From Lama guanicoe (taxonomy: Eukaryota): 64,000 nucleotides of DNA. Position 1 is the stretch's first letter. Every line of letters starts with the position of its first letter. The position numbers were made by a program, and so were the translations under genes. Where the stretch lies: the NCBI GenBank assembly GCA_013239625.1, contig MU053823.1, positions 271,698-335,697 of the forward strand. Direction: 5' to 3'. This document shows positions 21,141 through 33,920 of the stretch, piece by piece. Under the pieces are notes generated by a model that saw only the letters and a list, made by a program, of their open reading frames with translations, searched no databases and was not told the origin of the DNA.

Positions 21141-24100
21141 CGGGGTTTTTTTTCCCTCTCTCGCTCTCTTTCTCTTCTTTTTTCCCCTTCTTTCTCTCCG
21201 ACTTCTGCTTGCTGGTGGGAGGGACGGAACGGAGAAAGTGCTGGCCTCTAGTGGGGGACTCGCCTCTCACAGAGCAGGAGAGGGAGATGGGAGAAGGGAG
21301 GGAAGTGACGTGAAAAGGGGGGAAAAAGAAGGTATTTTCTGCAGCTTCTGGGAATAAGGGATGGAAAGAAAGGATCAAAGGTACCAACAGGCTGAGCAGG
21401 AGAAAGCCAAGCAACGACCCTAGAGAAACGACAGACGGGGAAAGGAAATAAAGCTGAGGAAAGGGGAGAGAGAGAGAGAAAGAAAAAGATTGAGGAAAAG
21501 GAGAGAGAATGTTGATTGTTTAATCTTTCCCCTCAACTCGGAGAAGGCGGGAAAGCTGCACAGAAACAGTGAACCCATTAGGAGTGGACATTCCTTTAAA
21601 AGCAGCAGTTTAGTAGAACTTGCTTTGAATAACACATTTAAGCCTGCTACTTCGGGGGTTTGATGTGCATGTGTGTTCTAAGATTTTAATGTGTGTGTAA
21701 AAGAGACGACAAAAACAAGGGAGAAGGCAGGGGTATGAAGAAAGGAGAACAATAGGGCTGCGTTTGGGGATGCTGAGCATTTGATGAAGCTGTGGCCTTT
21801 GTCATTTTATACCAGTTTTTAATTCTCTTAATCTTTTGAATATTCAGCAAGTATTTCTAGAACACCTACTGTGTGCAGCCCCTGTTTTGGAGGCTTGGAT
21901 TACATCAGTGCACAGAACAAAGACAACTGCCCTCATTAACCTTTACAGATTGGGCGAGGGACTGCCTTGTGGATAAATAACTAAGGTGGATGCTTTTTCT
22001 GATGTTATCATAGTTCAGTAACTATTTTTATGTCTTTTCCTGACCTCTGTTCTAGTGGGTCATTTTCTCTGTCAAGGAACTGTTCATTTTCTCCTTAAAG
22101 GAGCCCATGCATGATTTATTTTTGGAAAGAAAATAGAAGTATTCTCTTTGTTTATCAATTAGATTCGTTTAGATTTGCATTGAGAGAGGTGTGTTGGGAT
22201 TCCCGGCCCTTAATTTGTGGTAGCCAGATTTATGTCAGAGAAAAATCTCAGCCAGGCTTCTAGGAACCAGTCAGACAAGTATGCGAGGGAAGAAACAGGA
22301 GGGCAGCCAAAGGACTGGAAGAGCAAAGACGTGAGGTGTGGGGAAGTGAGAGGGTTTGTTGCCAGGATGGATGACAGGCTTTGGCAGAGGATGAATTGAA
22401 AAGATTCTGGCAGAGAGAACTCGTGGTAAAAAAACTAGGTAAGCCTTAGTCATTTAGTTCAAACCTAGATTTTTGGCATGTCACCGAAGTTTAAAGCTTT
22501 CTGGGGAGGCTGAGAATGGATATACTGAGCCTCAGCTGAATTTCCTGGCACCAATGAAAAAGTTCTATCTATAGACAATTTTCAGGATTATATGACATTC
22601 AAGTCAAGAAACATTATTCTTGTTTCCATGAGAGAATTACCACTGTGAAATATTTAAAGAAAGCCTAAACTGTATCCCAAGGATAAGGAATCCAGGTGTA
22701 GAGTGTATGCACTCATTTTTCCAACAGTCTATGGAGTTTTCATACCTAGAGGGTACATGGCCCCTTTAGCCCCATTAGAAATGGAATAAAATCACTACCA
22801 CTGTACATAATTTCATCTCTAAAGGTTCTTTTGTATTTCCTGGGTCATGAACTCCTACATCTACTACAAGTTGTACATTTAGATGATATTAGGGGATAAG
22901 GTAGTGACGATGTGTGTTTTTGTTGAATGTCTGATGAATACTGTAATCACAGAGCATGCCTTATTGATTATGGGCCATTAGTTTAATTTTCATATGTTAA
23001 AGGCTTGTACTATTTCACAGTAATTCTTTTTAAGTTCATTTCTCTCCAAGACAGACCAAATTTCCAGAATCAAAGTCTAATCAATTTTCCAAAGAAAAAT
23101 TCAGTTTAAAAAAGAAATTATCAGCAGCGAAGTGTATTAGGAAAACCTCCACCCATAAGAAAACCTTTGTCAGACTACTAAATTAGCTGGGGAACTGGTT
23201 GGTACTGAAAAGCTTATCTCAGCCTTAACCGAGCAAAACAATTTGTGAGCCCTAGAAAATCCTCCGCTGACTTTTTTTTTTCTGTTTTGAATTTTTGCTA
23301 AACTTTCTCATTTTCATTCAATGATTCTGCTGGAATTAGCCTTTTCTTTTTCAAACCAAATAGCCTTCTGAATAGAGGCTAAATAATTTCTTTACTCTGC
23401 ATAACACTGAAAGCCATTAGCCTAAATAGGTGAAAAGGAAATGCATTCTATCTGGTGTGTAGAAATTGAAGCCCTTCCTCTCAAACGTATCTAAATAAGG
23501 AAAGATCAGGATTGGAAGGAAATCAACTGTTTGGCAGCAACTAAAGCAAATAGAACAGAAAGTATCCTAATATAATTTTGCACATTAACTGAACATTGAA
23601 TAAACATTCTTCGTGCTTCTCTTCTAAACCCAGCAAAGTGCAACGAATTGTGAAGGAAGAGCGGTGTTAGTGTCATTGGGATGTATTTACCAATAACCAA
23701 GTAAGTAAGCATGTGTGATCACATTCTTATGCAGATGTGGATAGGAGGAAGTAGGAGAAAAAAGAAATCATAACCTTTACTCTAACCACCACCAATTAGG
23801 GACGTGAACCACCACACACATCCCGCCCCCTTCACACCACAACTCTGTATGCCACTTCAAGGTCTAAGTGGGAGAAGATGAAATGAAGATTAAGAAGATT
23901 TATAGACTCAGATTTTTAAAGCAGAAAAAAAAAATCAAAACCTTTAAAACTATTCAAGCTCCTCAATTTTAAGTGGAGAAAATTGAAGCTAAAAGATGAA
24001 TGTAGAAGAGGGGCATTTCATAATCCCTGGCAAATGGAAGATATCCAATAAATATTAGTTAACTGAATTAATTTCCTAGATGCTTGTCCTTCTCTCAACT

Positions 24101-24164
24101 GAAAAATGTAGAATTAAAAGGTATAAGAACACCTCTCACTCATCACCACTAATACCCATCATGG

Positions 24165-24575
24165 TGTTCAGGACACATTACCCCAAAATACAGCATCTTC
24201 ACATACTGAGTATCTTAAGCTGAAGGAATTTGAGAAAAATGGCCAAAGCAGGAAAGTCACTCTGACCTCCTCCTTCCCTCATCCTTCTTCCCTAAAACAG
24301 GTCATAAAATCCTCATGTGAGACATGCCCTGAGAGGGAAGGACCATCCTTATCTCCAAAGACAAAAGGACTCAAAAAAGAGTCCTAACAAACAGGCCTTG
24401 CTAAGTTCCCCCCAATTACTACAGTTACCACATACTCCTTAGCTGCCGTTATCCCTCCATGACTGTCCGCTCTTCATCAGACCTAGCCGAAACACACATG
24501 AGTCTGTTTCTCTGAGCCTTCATTTCTTTATGGAGGCTCCACGTCACATCAAAATTAAACTAAACAAATTTTGCT
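24165..24575 (+). mobile_element. ERV1-class LTR (MER34/MER39-like), 3'-truncated
   Basis: Starts TGTTCAGGACACATTACCCCAAAATA...AAGCTGAAGGAATTTGAG as in MER34-group LTRs. Confidence 0.6.
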
Positions 24576-25049
24576 GAAATAAATTTCTAGGCCAAAGATG
24601 GAGCTGCTCCTGCCCTCTCCATAACCTTTTCTGGTAACTACTGTTAATCCTTAATTTACAGATGAGGGAATTAAAGCTAGGAAGTCCGATGGATTGCTCA
24701 AAGTTCATGGGAGTAGTAAGTAATAAGGTCAGAATTTAAATTTCAGGTCTGTCTGACTCCAAAGCTCAACTACATCACATCTTTAAGTGTGAAAATAAAG
24801 TAGTGCAAGAGATCTCTTTAAAATGCTTAGCATACCCACAAATGTTTAAACAAAGATGCTTGGCGTTTGCCATCGTAAATACCTGCAGTGCAAGTCCCAC
24901 TCTGCCTTTGTGAACAAGGGACATAACTCTGGCTATCAGTCCACTAGATACTGGGGAGACGTAGCAGCAAAAAATAAAGAAGAGAGATGTATGTGCTATT
25001 TCCCTAAATCCTCTGTTTTCTCCCTTGTTAGCTTATAAACTATGATAAG

Positions 25050-25925
25050 CAGCTAATGGCCCTAAAGATGTCCTCATTCCTGAAGCCCATGACTGTGCTA
25101 TGCCGTGGCAAGCGGGAATTAAAGTTGCAAATGGAACTAAGTTTGTGTGAAAGGAAAATCAAAATGGAGCTAATCTTGCTAAGAGAGCTCTCTATAATGG
25201 AGCCGGGGGGCCATTAAAAAAGTGTGACTTAAGCACATCTCAGCCTGGATGGAATCTGACCTTTTGACCTGATAAAGTCATCCACAATCCCTACCAGAAG
25301 CCCAAAATACTTGTAAGGCTCACACCCTGAAATACCTTGTGACATTCTGTCCACGTACGACAGTCTGTCTACTTAGTGGAGCCCGACCCTAAAACAGCTC
25401 ACGATTCCTTAAGGACAGTTATTTTCTGCCTCACGTCAGATTCAGTCACAATTCTCACCAGGTAGCTTTTCACAATCTTACGGCTCTTTGTTGCCCTAAG
25501 CCCCTGACTCTTTCTCTTCCTTGGAACATTCCTTTGGGGTTACCCTAATCTGTGTCCCCTGAATTGCAATTCTTCAGACCTCCAAATAATCTCTTTTCCT
25601 GTTTGCAGCCTCCTGTATTATTTTATTGGTTGACAGTTGGTAATCATCTAACCTGAACATAGATTACCCTAGATTATCTGCACGAGCCCAGTGTAGTCAC
25701 AAGAGTCCTTTCAAGTGTAAGTGGGAGGCAGAAGAGACTGAGTGATGTGATGTGAGACATGGCTTTGAACATTTCTCTGCTGGAGCATCCAGGAAAGCCT
25801 CTGATAACACCTTGGTTTTCACCCAGTGAGGTGCCTGTCAGACTTCTGATCTGCAGAACTGTAAGATAATCAGTTTGTGTTGTTTCAAACCACTAAGCTT
25901 GTTGCAGATTGTTACAGCAGCAATA
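25050..25925 (+). mobile_element. MaLR LTR (MLT1D-like) split by a younger LTR
   Basis: AATGGCCCTAAAGATGTCC...; resumes at 25636; 3' end CTGCAGAACTGTAAGATAAT...GTTACAGCAGCAATA. Confidence 0.65.
25146..25635 (+). mobile_element. Solo ERV1-like LTR (490 bp) nested in MLT1
   Basis: TG...CA termini (TGTGAAAGG...GGTTGACA), near-identical 4-bp flanks TTTG/GTTG. Confidence 0.65.
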
Positions 25926-26934
25926 AAAAAAAAAAAAGAACACATAAATGAAACAGTATTTCAAAAAACAGAAGGTAATCTTAGATCTTTTCTACTGCCC
26001 GAAGTCCAGCCAACTGCCAACTTCATTGCACCTTTGTTTGCTAACAACTGGAGAATTTATTGTATCGTGTGCTTGGGCTAGTCAATGAGTAAATGCTCGG
26101 GAATCATTTTGAGTGGCAGCTTTTCAGTTCTGTAGAAACGCTATTAAGTATGATTTTCAAAAAGGTAGAATCATAAGTCTCATGCAAAGATAAAATTAAC
26201 ACGTGTCAAAGATTGTATATAACTTGCGAATTAATGAAAGAACCAGTGAGATGTTAAAATCCGTTCCAAGTGCATTTGAGAAGCCAGCTGTTTCGAAGCA
26301 ATTTAATAAAGGAATGTGAGAGAAGATTGCTGAATCAGATACAAAATTGGCTAACATCCTATTGGATCATGAGCTATAACCTCAAGGATTATCTTTTCCA
26401 CTACAGGACAGGAACTATTTGCAGGTGTGAGTTAATCTCTGCCTCTTCAGAATTGTAAAGTAGCTCAGTCAGTAGGAAACCAGTCAGAGGTACAAACCCA
26501 GCACTAGAATGAAAGAACACCTAACATCTTCCTTCTATTTCTAATTTTCAGATTTTTTTTTGACAACCATAAATCTGAGCAAAGAAGCTGTTAGAGCTAT
26601 TGCAACAGAATGTGTTCATTAATGAAAAACGTTTCATGGAAAAGGAAGGAGACCTGAGGTTTTACAGAGGAGGGAAATCTTAGACAGTCATGAGTGAATC
26701 TTAGTGGAGGCATAAGGAAGGGCAGCGATGAGTCTTTGAAGGAATATGCAAGAGCAGCGTCCTGACACAAAAGGTAAGGGGCTTGGAAAACAAAAAGACG
26801 GGGGATTCCTTAACGGCCTGTTTTCCAGGAGCACGGGGCTCAGATACAGCTCACTGCTGTCAGTGACTGATTGGATGTAAGACAAGAGAGCCAGGGAAGA
26901 GTCTGGGAAACTGTCAGGATTGTAGACTGTAGAC

Positions 26935-27430
26935 TGTTAAGAGAGGAAAAACTTTTCCTCTACTCTCTTACATTCAGTGACTGGAACCTGCAAATTAAAC
27001 TGGCAGAAGACAGATTAACAAGAGAAAGGGTTTGTTTCATGTGCACATCGTTGCTTCACAGGAAAAAAAGTGAAAACCCAAAGAAGCAGTCAAGCCCAAT
27101 TGTGGAGAAGTGACAAAACAAAGGAGAAGGGGTTTGGGTTTCCAGGGTTGTCAGTTGTGGGAAGGTAAATATATGGGCAAAAGGAATAGGAGATGAGGGT
27201 TATTTTAGAAGGTTTGCTTATGCAGATACAAGTCCATGACACTTTCTACCTCCTGTGTTACAGGTTGTTCTCATATGGGAATGGCGAAGGGAGGCACCTT
27301 CAAAAAGGGAAGTTCATGCCTTGCTTTTGGGCAGAGGGAGAGGGCAAAGAGTTCCTTCTGAATCTGCAGTTTCTCAATTGCCATCCTTACACCAAATTGG
27401 CATATTTGGGGGTGGCATATTCTGATCAAC
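26935..27430 (-). mobile_element. ERV1-class LTR (MER31/MER34-like), reverse orientation
   Basis: On - begins CAGAATATGCCACCCCCAAATATGCC and ends ...CTCTCTTAACA. Confidence 0.55.
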
Positions 27431-28544
27431 TGTGTGGGTGGTTCTGTTTATTCCGGCAGAGATATTGAAGGATGGAAAATCATCGTGTGTTCGGTTTAAC
27501 ATACTGAGTTTGAGGGCTTGTGAGGTCTGCTGGTGGAGATGTGGGATACAAAGGCTCAAGTCTGTAGCTGAAGAAAAAGATAGGGTTCGCTGGAGAACTG
27601 AAGAGAAAAGGAAAGGGAATGTCAACATTTCATCGACAGAGGAAGGGAAAGGAATTCAGGACCCAGGAGTCACCACCATTTCTTCTCTTAACAATGGTAA
27701 TGGAGGAAGGCTTTCCCTTCTCCTCCCTTAAATCTCACTCTTTATCAAGGATTTAGTGGGAACGGGATTGAGAAAGGGAAGCAGTATCAGGAAAGAGCCC
27801 TCCCTTAATAAACAACACACACGAGGCAAATTCAGAGTACAGAGAACTTTTCTTCCCTGTTCCTGTAGCCAAGATTCAAATTTGTACCTTATCATCCCAA
27901 CTACTGAAAAAAACCCTGTTCCTGCTCCCCCATCTCAAACCATTCCTCCACCACTGAGTATATTATTGCATATTGTATATTCTCTATACACATGGCTGTC
28001 CGCGTGCGTTCAACTAACCCTTCTGAGTGTCTAGCTGCTTCAGGTGATGTGCTACCAGAAATCTGTCTTTAAAATCCTAATCTGACTATGTCATTCCCTC
28101 ACTTAAAATCCTTTCAGGAACCCCAGGGATAAACTTCTACTTCTTTCTGTGGCCCAGGAGTCTTCCCTGATCTGTTCCCTTCCTGCTTCTCCAGCTCCAA
28201 CCTTGGCTTTCCAGCCTCACACTTCCTTTCCCAGGAACCCCAGACTACCTGCAGTTCCCTAACTCTGCTATACTCTCTGATAATTCTGATATGTGCTGTT
28301 TACCCTGCTGTTGGAAAACTTTTCCATATCTTCTGCCTGGAGAGCTTTCACTCCTGCGAGGGGTAGCCTTCAAAGTGTGTTTTCTATTCTGGTCAGTAAA
28401 TCTTCCCCAGGAATTCCTCTGCTCCTACATCACTTGTGTCTTCCACATCTTCTTTATCCAGCCATCTATCGATGGACAGTGAGGTTGCTTCCATATCTTG
28501 ACTATTTTAAAAAACGCTGCAATGAACACAGGGTTAGTGGACTG

Positions 28545-29637
28545 TGTGGCACACCGCCTACGTTTCTGCCCTTTCAGGACAGAAGCTCTTATTCTGCCAG
28601 CTGCTGGAAGTGTTCATCGCTGACGTTGTGGCCTCTCTGACTACTGCCTTCAGCTGTTGTTCCCCCCACTTCCCGGGGTCAGCCCATAATCAATAACCGG
28701 CCAGTGTGAGGGATAAAGACTCTGTCTTCCTGCCTTAGTTCAAGAACACTCTGCACACCATCTCAGCTCCTGGGCTCCTCATGAGATTTGTTGCAACTGA
28801 GCTACAGCCCAGCTTCGCCCTTCATCAATCACAGGTGTTGATCTTTAGAACGTTCCCAAATAAATTTCCTACACACAAATCTATATCTCAGAGTCTGCTT
28901 CCTGGAAAATCTGATCTGAAACAGTGATGTCAGAATTGGTCCAAGAAAGCGTATTTTCTTCTGTGTTTTTGGAGCTGAATCATCAACTGACCAGCTGCTG
29001 AAAAGGACCCCGTCACTGTGGGCGGGTTAAGCATGGATAGCTTCTGAGATTGTTAGCAGTGTGGTTGTTGAAATGTTCACCAGAATTGAACTGAAACGGC
29101 CTATCAGTGGAAGGAAGGCCAGGGTTAGGCACTGTGTCAGGGATCTGATGAGAACACGGAGAACAGTACTCATGAGGACAGGGGGACTGGATGGCTTTGA
29201 TGAGGAGCAATAGAGAGAGAATTACCTGCTGAGAGTGATGAATAAGCAATTAAATGCCAAGTATGAAGTCAGAGGGCCTCTTGGAAGGATATAAAAATTC
29301 TCAACTTCTGCAGCCTGAGGGCAAGAAAATCTGAATATTGGGCTCAAGGCTTTGTCATAAGAGAAACAGCTCCAGAGAAGGTAGAACTTGGCTGTTGTGC
29401 CTGATATGCCAAAATCAAAGCACGCTTTGGGGCTGAGACATTGGGATGGTGGTATAATAATTGGTGTATTCAAAACTGTTGAATTTCTAGATCTCCCTGA
29501 GTCCTCAGGGCCTGAAAAAGTGCCTATTCCTCCCTGTTAAATGCTATCATTTGTCCCTTGCTTAAAGATAAGGCAGAGGATTTTACTTTGTAAGAAAGTA
29601 CATGGAAAAAGACTATACTCAGAAGCTGCAGGATGTA

Positions 29638-29675
<38 letters not shown>

Positions 29676-30290
29676 CCACCAGGAGCCAGGAGAGGGCGCA
29701 TGAGGTAAATTCTGAGGCGCTGAATCCAGGCACCTAGGTCACAGGTCGAATAACGGAGAGTCTATTAATATGAGAGCGCTTTCCCAGGATACAGGGTTTT
29801 ACACCTAGGCAAGGATTCTGGGAGATGGCACAAAATACCACCAGGATGGCTCTTAGGAAGCTTGGGGACAGTGATGCCCACACTAAGAGAAGCGGAAATG
29901 AGAGGAGTGCCATGGCAGAGAGCTGAGGAAGGGACCAGATAGCTCAGAGAAGCAGTCGTGCTACGGTGTTCCCCAGGAGGATGCAGAGGGCACCTGGCAC
30001 TATAGCAGCAAGGGCTGCTTTGCTGAGTGAGGCTGCAGGACCACAGAGAAGCTAAGTGGTGACTGTACTCTGCAGGCATGGGTTGAAGATAGGAGACGCT
30101 GTACCACAACTAGACCCTCTGATAGCAGTGAGAAGTACAGGTTCCCAAAGCTGTCAGGAGCATCCGAAACAAGCTGAGCACACTTGTCACAAAGAACGGC
30201 CAGGCAGAACGGGATCTGGTGGAGACTAACCTACAGGGAGATATGGAGATGATTAATAGATACATTATCCCTGGGGACCAGATAGATGGT
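28545..30290 (+). mobile_element. Ancient ERVL relic: LTR16-like LTR (28545-28923) plus adjacent decayed internal sequence
   Basis: AATAAA (28859-28864) followed by ...CAAATCTATATCTCAGAGTCTGCTTCCTGG...ACA, then a degenerate PBS-like segment and gag-like internal text; no intact ORF. Confidence 0.55.
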
Positions 30291-30294
30291 GAGA

Positions 30295-30781
30295 TAGTTA
30301 AAACATGTCCAAATATTCTTGAGTGCTCCTTTTAAAAAGTGGTCCTCAATTCCCTTCCTCTTGAATGTCAGCTATTTTAGTGACTCATTTCTAATGAGTA
30401 GAATAAGGCAAAAGGGATGATGTATGACCTCTGAAATCCAGAAATAATAGACATTATGGCTTCCGTCCATGCTGGAAGACACTCAGACAGCCTGATGGAG
30501 AGGCGCTGATAGTGAAAAACTGAGGCCTCCCGCCATAAGGAACTCTTACTAATAGTTATCTGAGTCAACTCTAAGAGGATAGTCCAACCCTAGCCAAGCC
30601 TTCATATGACTGTCCCAGTGGATATCTTGATGGTAACCTCATGAGAGAGCTTGAGCCAGAATCATCAGCTGAATTGCTCCTGAATTCCTGATCCACAGGA
30701 AACTTGTGAAATTATATATACGTAGTTTTAGTCGCTATGTTTTGGGGGTAATTTATTATGCAGCAATAGATAATTAGTACA
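30295..30781 (+). mobile_element. MaLR LTR (MLT1E/F/G-like)
   Basis: 3' end GGGTAATTTATTATGCAGCAATAGATAATTAGTACA typical of MLT1. Confidence 0.65.
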
Positions 30782-31446
30782 AGGAAGTTTTTCTCAACTC
30801 CTCTTCAACATGAGATGTGCTGTGTGTCCCACAGAATGCTATACTTACCCATGTCAGGGCCAATTATACTGTGTTGAAAATGTACCTATTTGATCTCATC
30901 TCGTAGGTATAATGACCCCCAAAGATGTTCATGCCTTAATTCCTAGTGAAGATGATACTTTAATAGCAAAAGCGATTTTGCAGATGTGGTCAAGGTTCAA
31001 CACCTTTAAATGGACTGTTCTGGACCACCTGGGCGGTCTCAGTCTAATCACAGGAACTCTAAGGACAGAACTCTCTCTGGCTGGAGGCAGCAGTGATACT
31101 CATAATGTCTTAAAGACTTTAACAAAAGACAAGACGTTATAAACCTCTTAGAAGAAAACACAGGCAAAACATTCTCTGACATAAATCTTAGCACTGTTCT
31201 TTTGGGGCAGCTGGGGGCACTCTGTCTTTGCTATCCCTGTGTCGTCCTGGGGCTGCCTCCTCCATGAGTGACCTCAGTACTCCCCACCTCTCCCTCCCCA
31301 CCGCCAGCTCACCGGCTCTCTCCTGGACTGCTGCAGCGTCTCGGTCGTTTCCAGGACTTCAGCTTTACCTTCCTCTACTCCATTCCTCACTCTGGTGCTG
31401 GAATGCTCTTTCTAAAAAGCAATTCTTGATCAAACCACTCTCCGCT

Positions 31447-31447
<1 letters not shown>

Positions 31448-31493
<46 letters not shown>
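31448..31493. repeat. (CA)n microsatellite
   Basis: Pure AC run. Confidence 0.95.
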
Positions 31494-31494
<1 letters not shown>

Positions 31495-32179
31495 ATCCAT
31501 GAGTACACTGAACTACGCAGTGAAATACCACGCTTTCTTCCACCTCTTTATGTGTAGCTCACTTTGCCCAAATTTGCTTCCTTTTTTTCTGGTTGTTGCT
31601 CATCCAGCTCAGGCACCAACTTGGGGAAGCTTTTCCTGAGCACCCCATCACCTCTGTCTGGGAAGGTGCACTCCCATAGCTTTGTGTTCTTCCTTCTACC
31701 ATTAGTTTTGGGTGCACTGTAGTGTGACTGTTAATTTGCTTGTTTTCTCCCTCCACTAGTCTGTGAGCTCCTTGAGTTCAGAAACCTCATTTTACTTATC
31801 TCTGTGTCCCCAGGCCTGGTGAAGTACCTGGTATATAATAAATGTACGTAATGAGTACTTACCATAAGTACTACAATACTACGTTCCACTTTAATGCTGA
31901 GTGCCGCTTAATCCTTAAAATCACCTTGCTTCTCAAATATAACAGATGTTTACATTTCAGTTAGTAGAACAATGTAAATTTTCTCATTAACATCCCTTTA
32001 TTCAGTGTAGTGGATAATCTTAAATCATTAGATAGTCTTTCAACCCCAAAGATACAGGAATAGTTTTTATTATCATTTGAAACATTTTTGGCCCAGATAT
32101 AACTTCTTAAGTCTTGAGGATCACCACCTCCCTCCATTGCAGAAAAGAGGAAGTTTCTGGTAGGAGCTACAGACCCAAA

Positions 32180-32224
<45 letters not shown>

Positions 32225-32243
32225 TGGTGGTGGTGGTGGTGGG
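32180..32243. repeat. Compound (TG)n(TGG)n microsatellite
   Basis: Direct inspection. Confidence 0.9.
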
Positions 32244-32281
32244 GTGTTCACTGAATAGGAGGAACATTCATGACTGCCATC

Positions 32282-32412
32282 TTTTCTTTTTTTTATTATT
32301 ATTATTTATTTATTTAATGGTGGTACTAGGGGTTGAATCCAGGACCACCTGCATACTAAGCATACACTCTACCACTGAGCTATGCGCTCTGCCACTGAGC
32401 TACACCCTCCCC
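32282..32412 (-). mobile_element. tRNA-derived SINE (Vic-1-like) with duplicated A-box segment
   Basis: On -: GGGGAGGGTGTAGCTCAGTGGCAGAGCGCATAGCTCAGTGGTAGAG...GGATTCAACCCC...(AAAT)n tail. Confidence 0.8.
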
Positions 32413-32999
32413 ACTGGCCACCGGCCCTCTTTTCTTTAGAGTTCTCTGTTCTCTCCCCAACCCCCTACCCCCCATCCATCACTTGGATGCTCCTAGGAGG
32501 AGCAGGGCAGAGTCTAGGGTTGAGGAGGCAAGGAACAAACAGTTTATGCAAGCATGGCCTTAGGTTCAGGGAAATGTCTCTACAGTGTGGACTTACTTTT
32601 CCCTGACTCTTTTGGTTAGAATTTCCAGTCTAGAGGAGCAAAACCAGAGTGCAGACACCCAGGGTAAAAGGGTGCAATGACCTAGAGAAACTTCTCTGTT
32701 TAAATATCACGTATCTCCCCTACCCCCATCCCACTGCCTCCTCTGAACCTGTTTCCAAAACAAAAACATTGCCCCAAGAAAGAGCTTACCCAGTGGAGCA
32801 GGCAAAGGCTGGGGGAGTCAGGTGGAGGCAGGGAATCCCAGCCAGCCACTTTTCTTGTTATCAATCCCTGTTTGCCCTGCAGTGACGGACTGGCTAAACA
32901 GAGTCCCTCAATTAGGGTTCTCTACTTGGACACCTCCCTGAATACTTAATTCTTTGCAAAGTCTGGGTCAAAAGGTTTAAGGAAGAAGCCAAAATATGA

Positions 33000-33920
33000 G
33001 TTTTTGTTAAAGAATAATTATCATCTTTATACAGAACCTTTGTAATCCTCAGAAATATGGAGTCAAGTGCACAGATTTTCTTCTCGAAGAAAAGGAAATA
33101 TCTTTTTAGTCTATTCCCAAGGCCCTAAATTACATTTTCCCTTAGATTTAACCTCCAGGAAGACATTTTTATCTTCCCTGGAACACCTGCTGTCACCACC
33201 TTCTCTCTGGAGAGTCCCTTAAATGGCTAAACCAATGATCCTACCCCAAGGAGATTTCCCAGGTAATCCTTCCTTTGTGCGATTATTGCCAGCCCGTCTC
33301 TCCCAGCCCTTTGTCCTGGCACCTATGCATCTGTGAAGTAGTGGAAACTAGCTGAGTTCAGGCCTGCTCACCTGTTACCCACTCACTGGTCAATGAGAGT
33401 GTTAAAGAGAAAAACCACAGGCCCAAAATGGCATCACTTGTGCTAAAGCCCATGCTACCAAACCTAGATTTAATACCTGAACGTAACTGCAACTTCAACC
33501 TTAATCAACCAGTCTGGAATTTTCTGGTCGGCACAAGGAGGTCATCTGCCTTGAGGGCCCTTTCCATGCCCCAGAGAAAAAGGAGGAAACTTATGTGGTA
33601 AAACCCTTGCCATTCCCCACCCAACACCCCAGAAAGGAAAATGTCCTGGCCTAAAAATAATCCCTTCTTTTCTTTTACTCCCTCGCCTTCTTCTTACACA
33701 AACCTTGCATTTTGTGCAACCGCTCGGAGCACCTTCCAGGCACTGGGTGGGACGCCGCCCATCATCAGTCCCCTCACAGAGCCAGTCACAGCTTCACATT
33801 TACTCGGCTGTATTTTGTTTTTTAACAAGAGAATTCACATTGAGTGCTGCTTTAAGAGGCAGAAGAATGCTGTCCAGTAATGTTGTAGAGGATGAACTTA
33901 GTCTCTTTCCAACTTCTATC
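33000..33920 (-). other. A2ML1: A2ML1 terminal non-coding exon 36 (3' UTR; 3' end uncertain)
   Basis: Acceptor ttcccccag|GATAGAAG at 33920 follows the exon 35 donor; sequence resembles my recollection of the human 3' UTR; no clear AATAAA located. Confidence 0.6.
33400..33827 (+). mobile_element. Solo ERV1-like LTR (428 bp) with perfect 4-bp TSD AGAG, inside the A2ML1 terminal exon
   Basis: Inverted termini TGTTAAA...TTTAACA; AGAG at 33396-33399 and 33828-33831. Confidence 0.8.

Noticed and set aside
20489..21414. Several 90-195 aa ORFs on both strands over the CpG island
   Set aside because: Low-complexity G/A/P/R-rich translations expected from stop-poor GC-rich DNA; no recognisable domain
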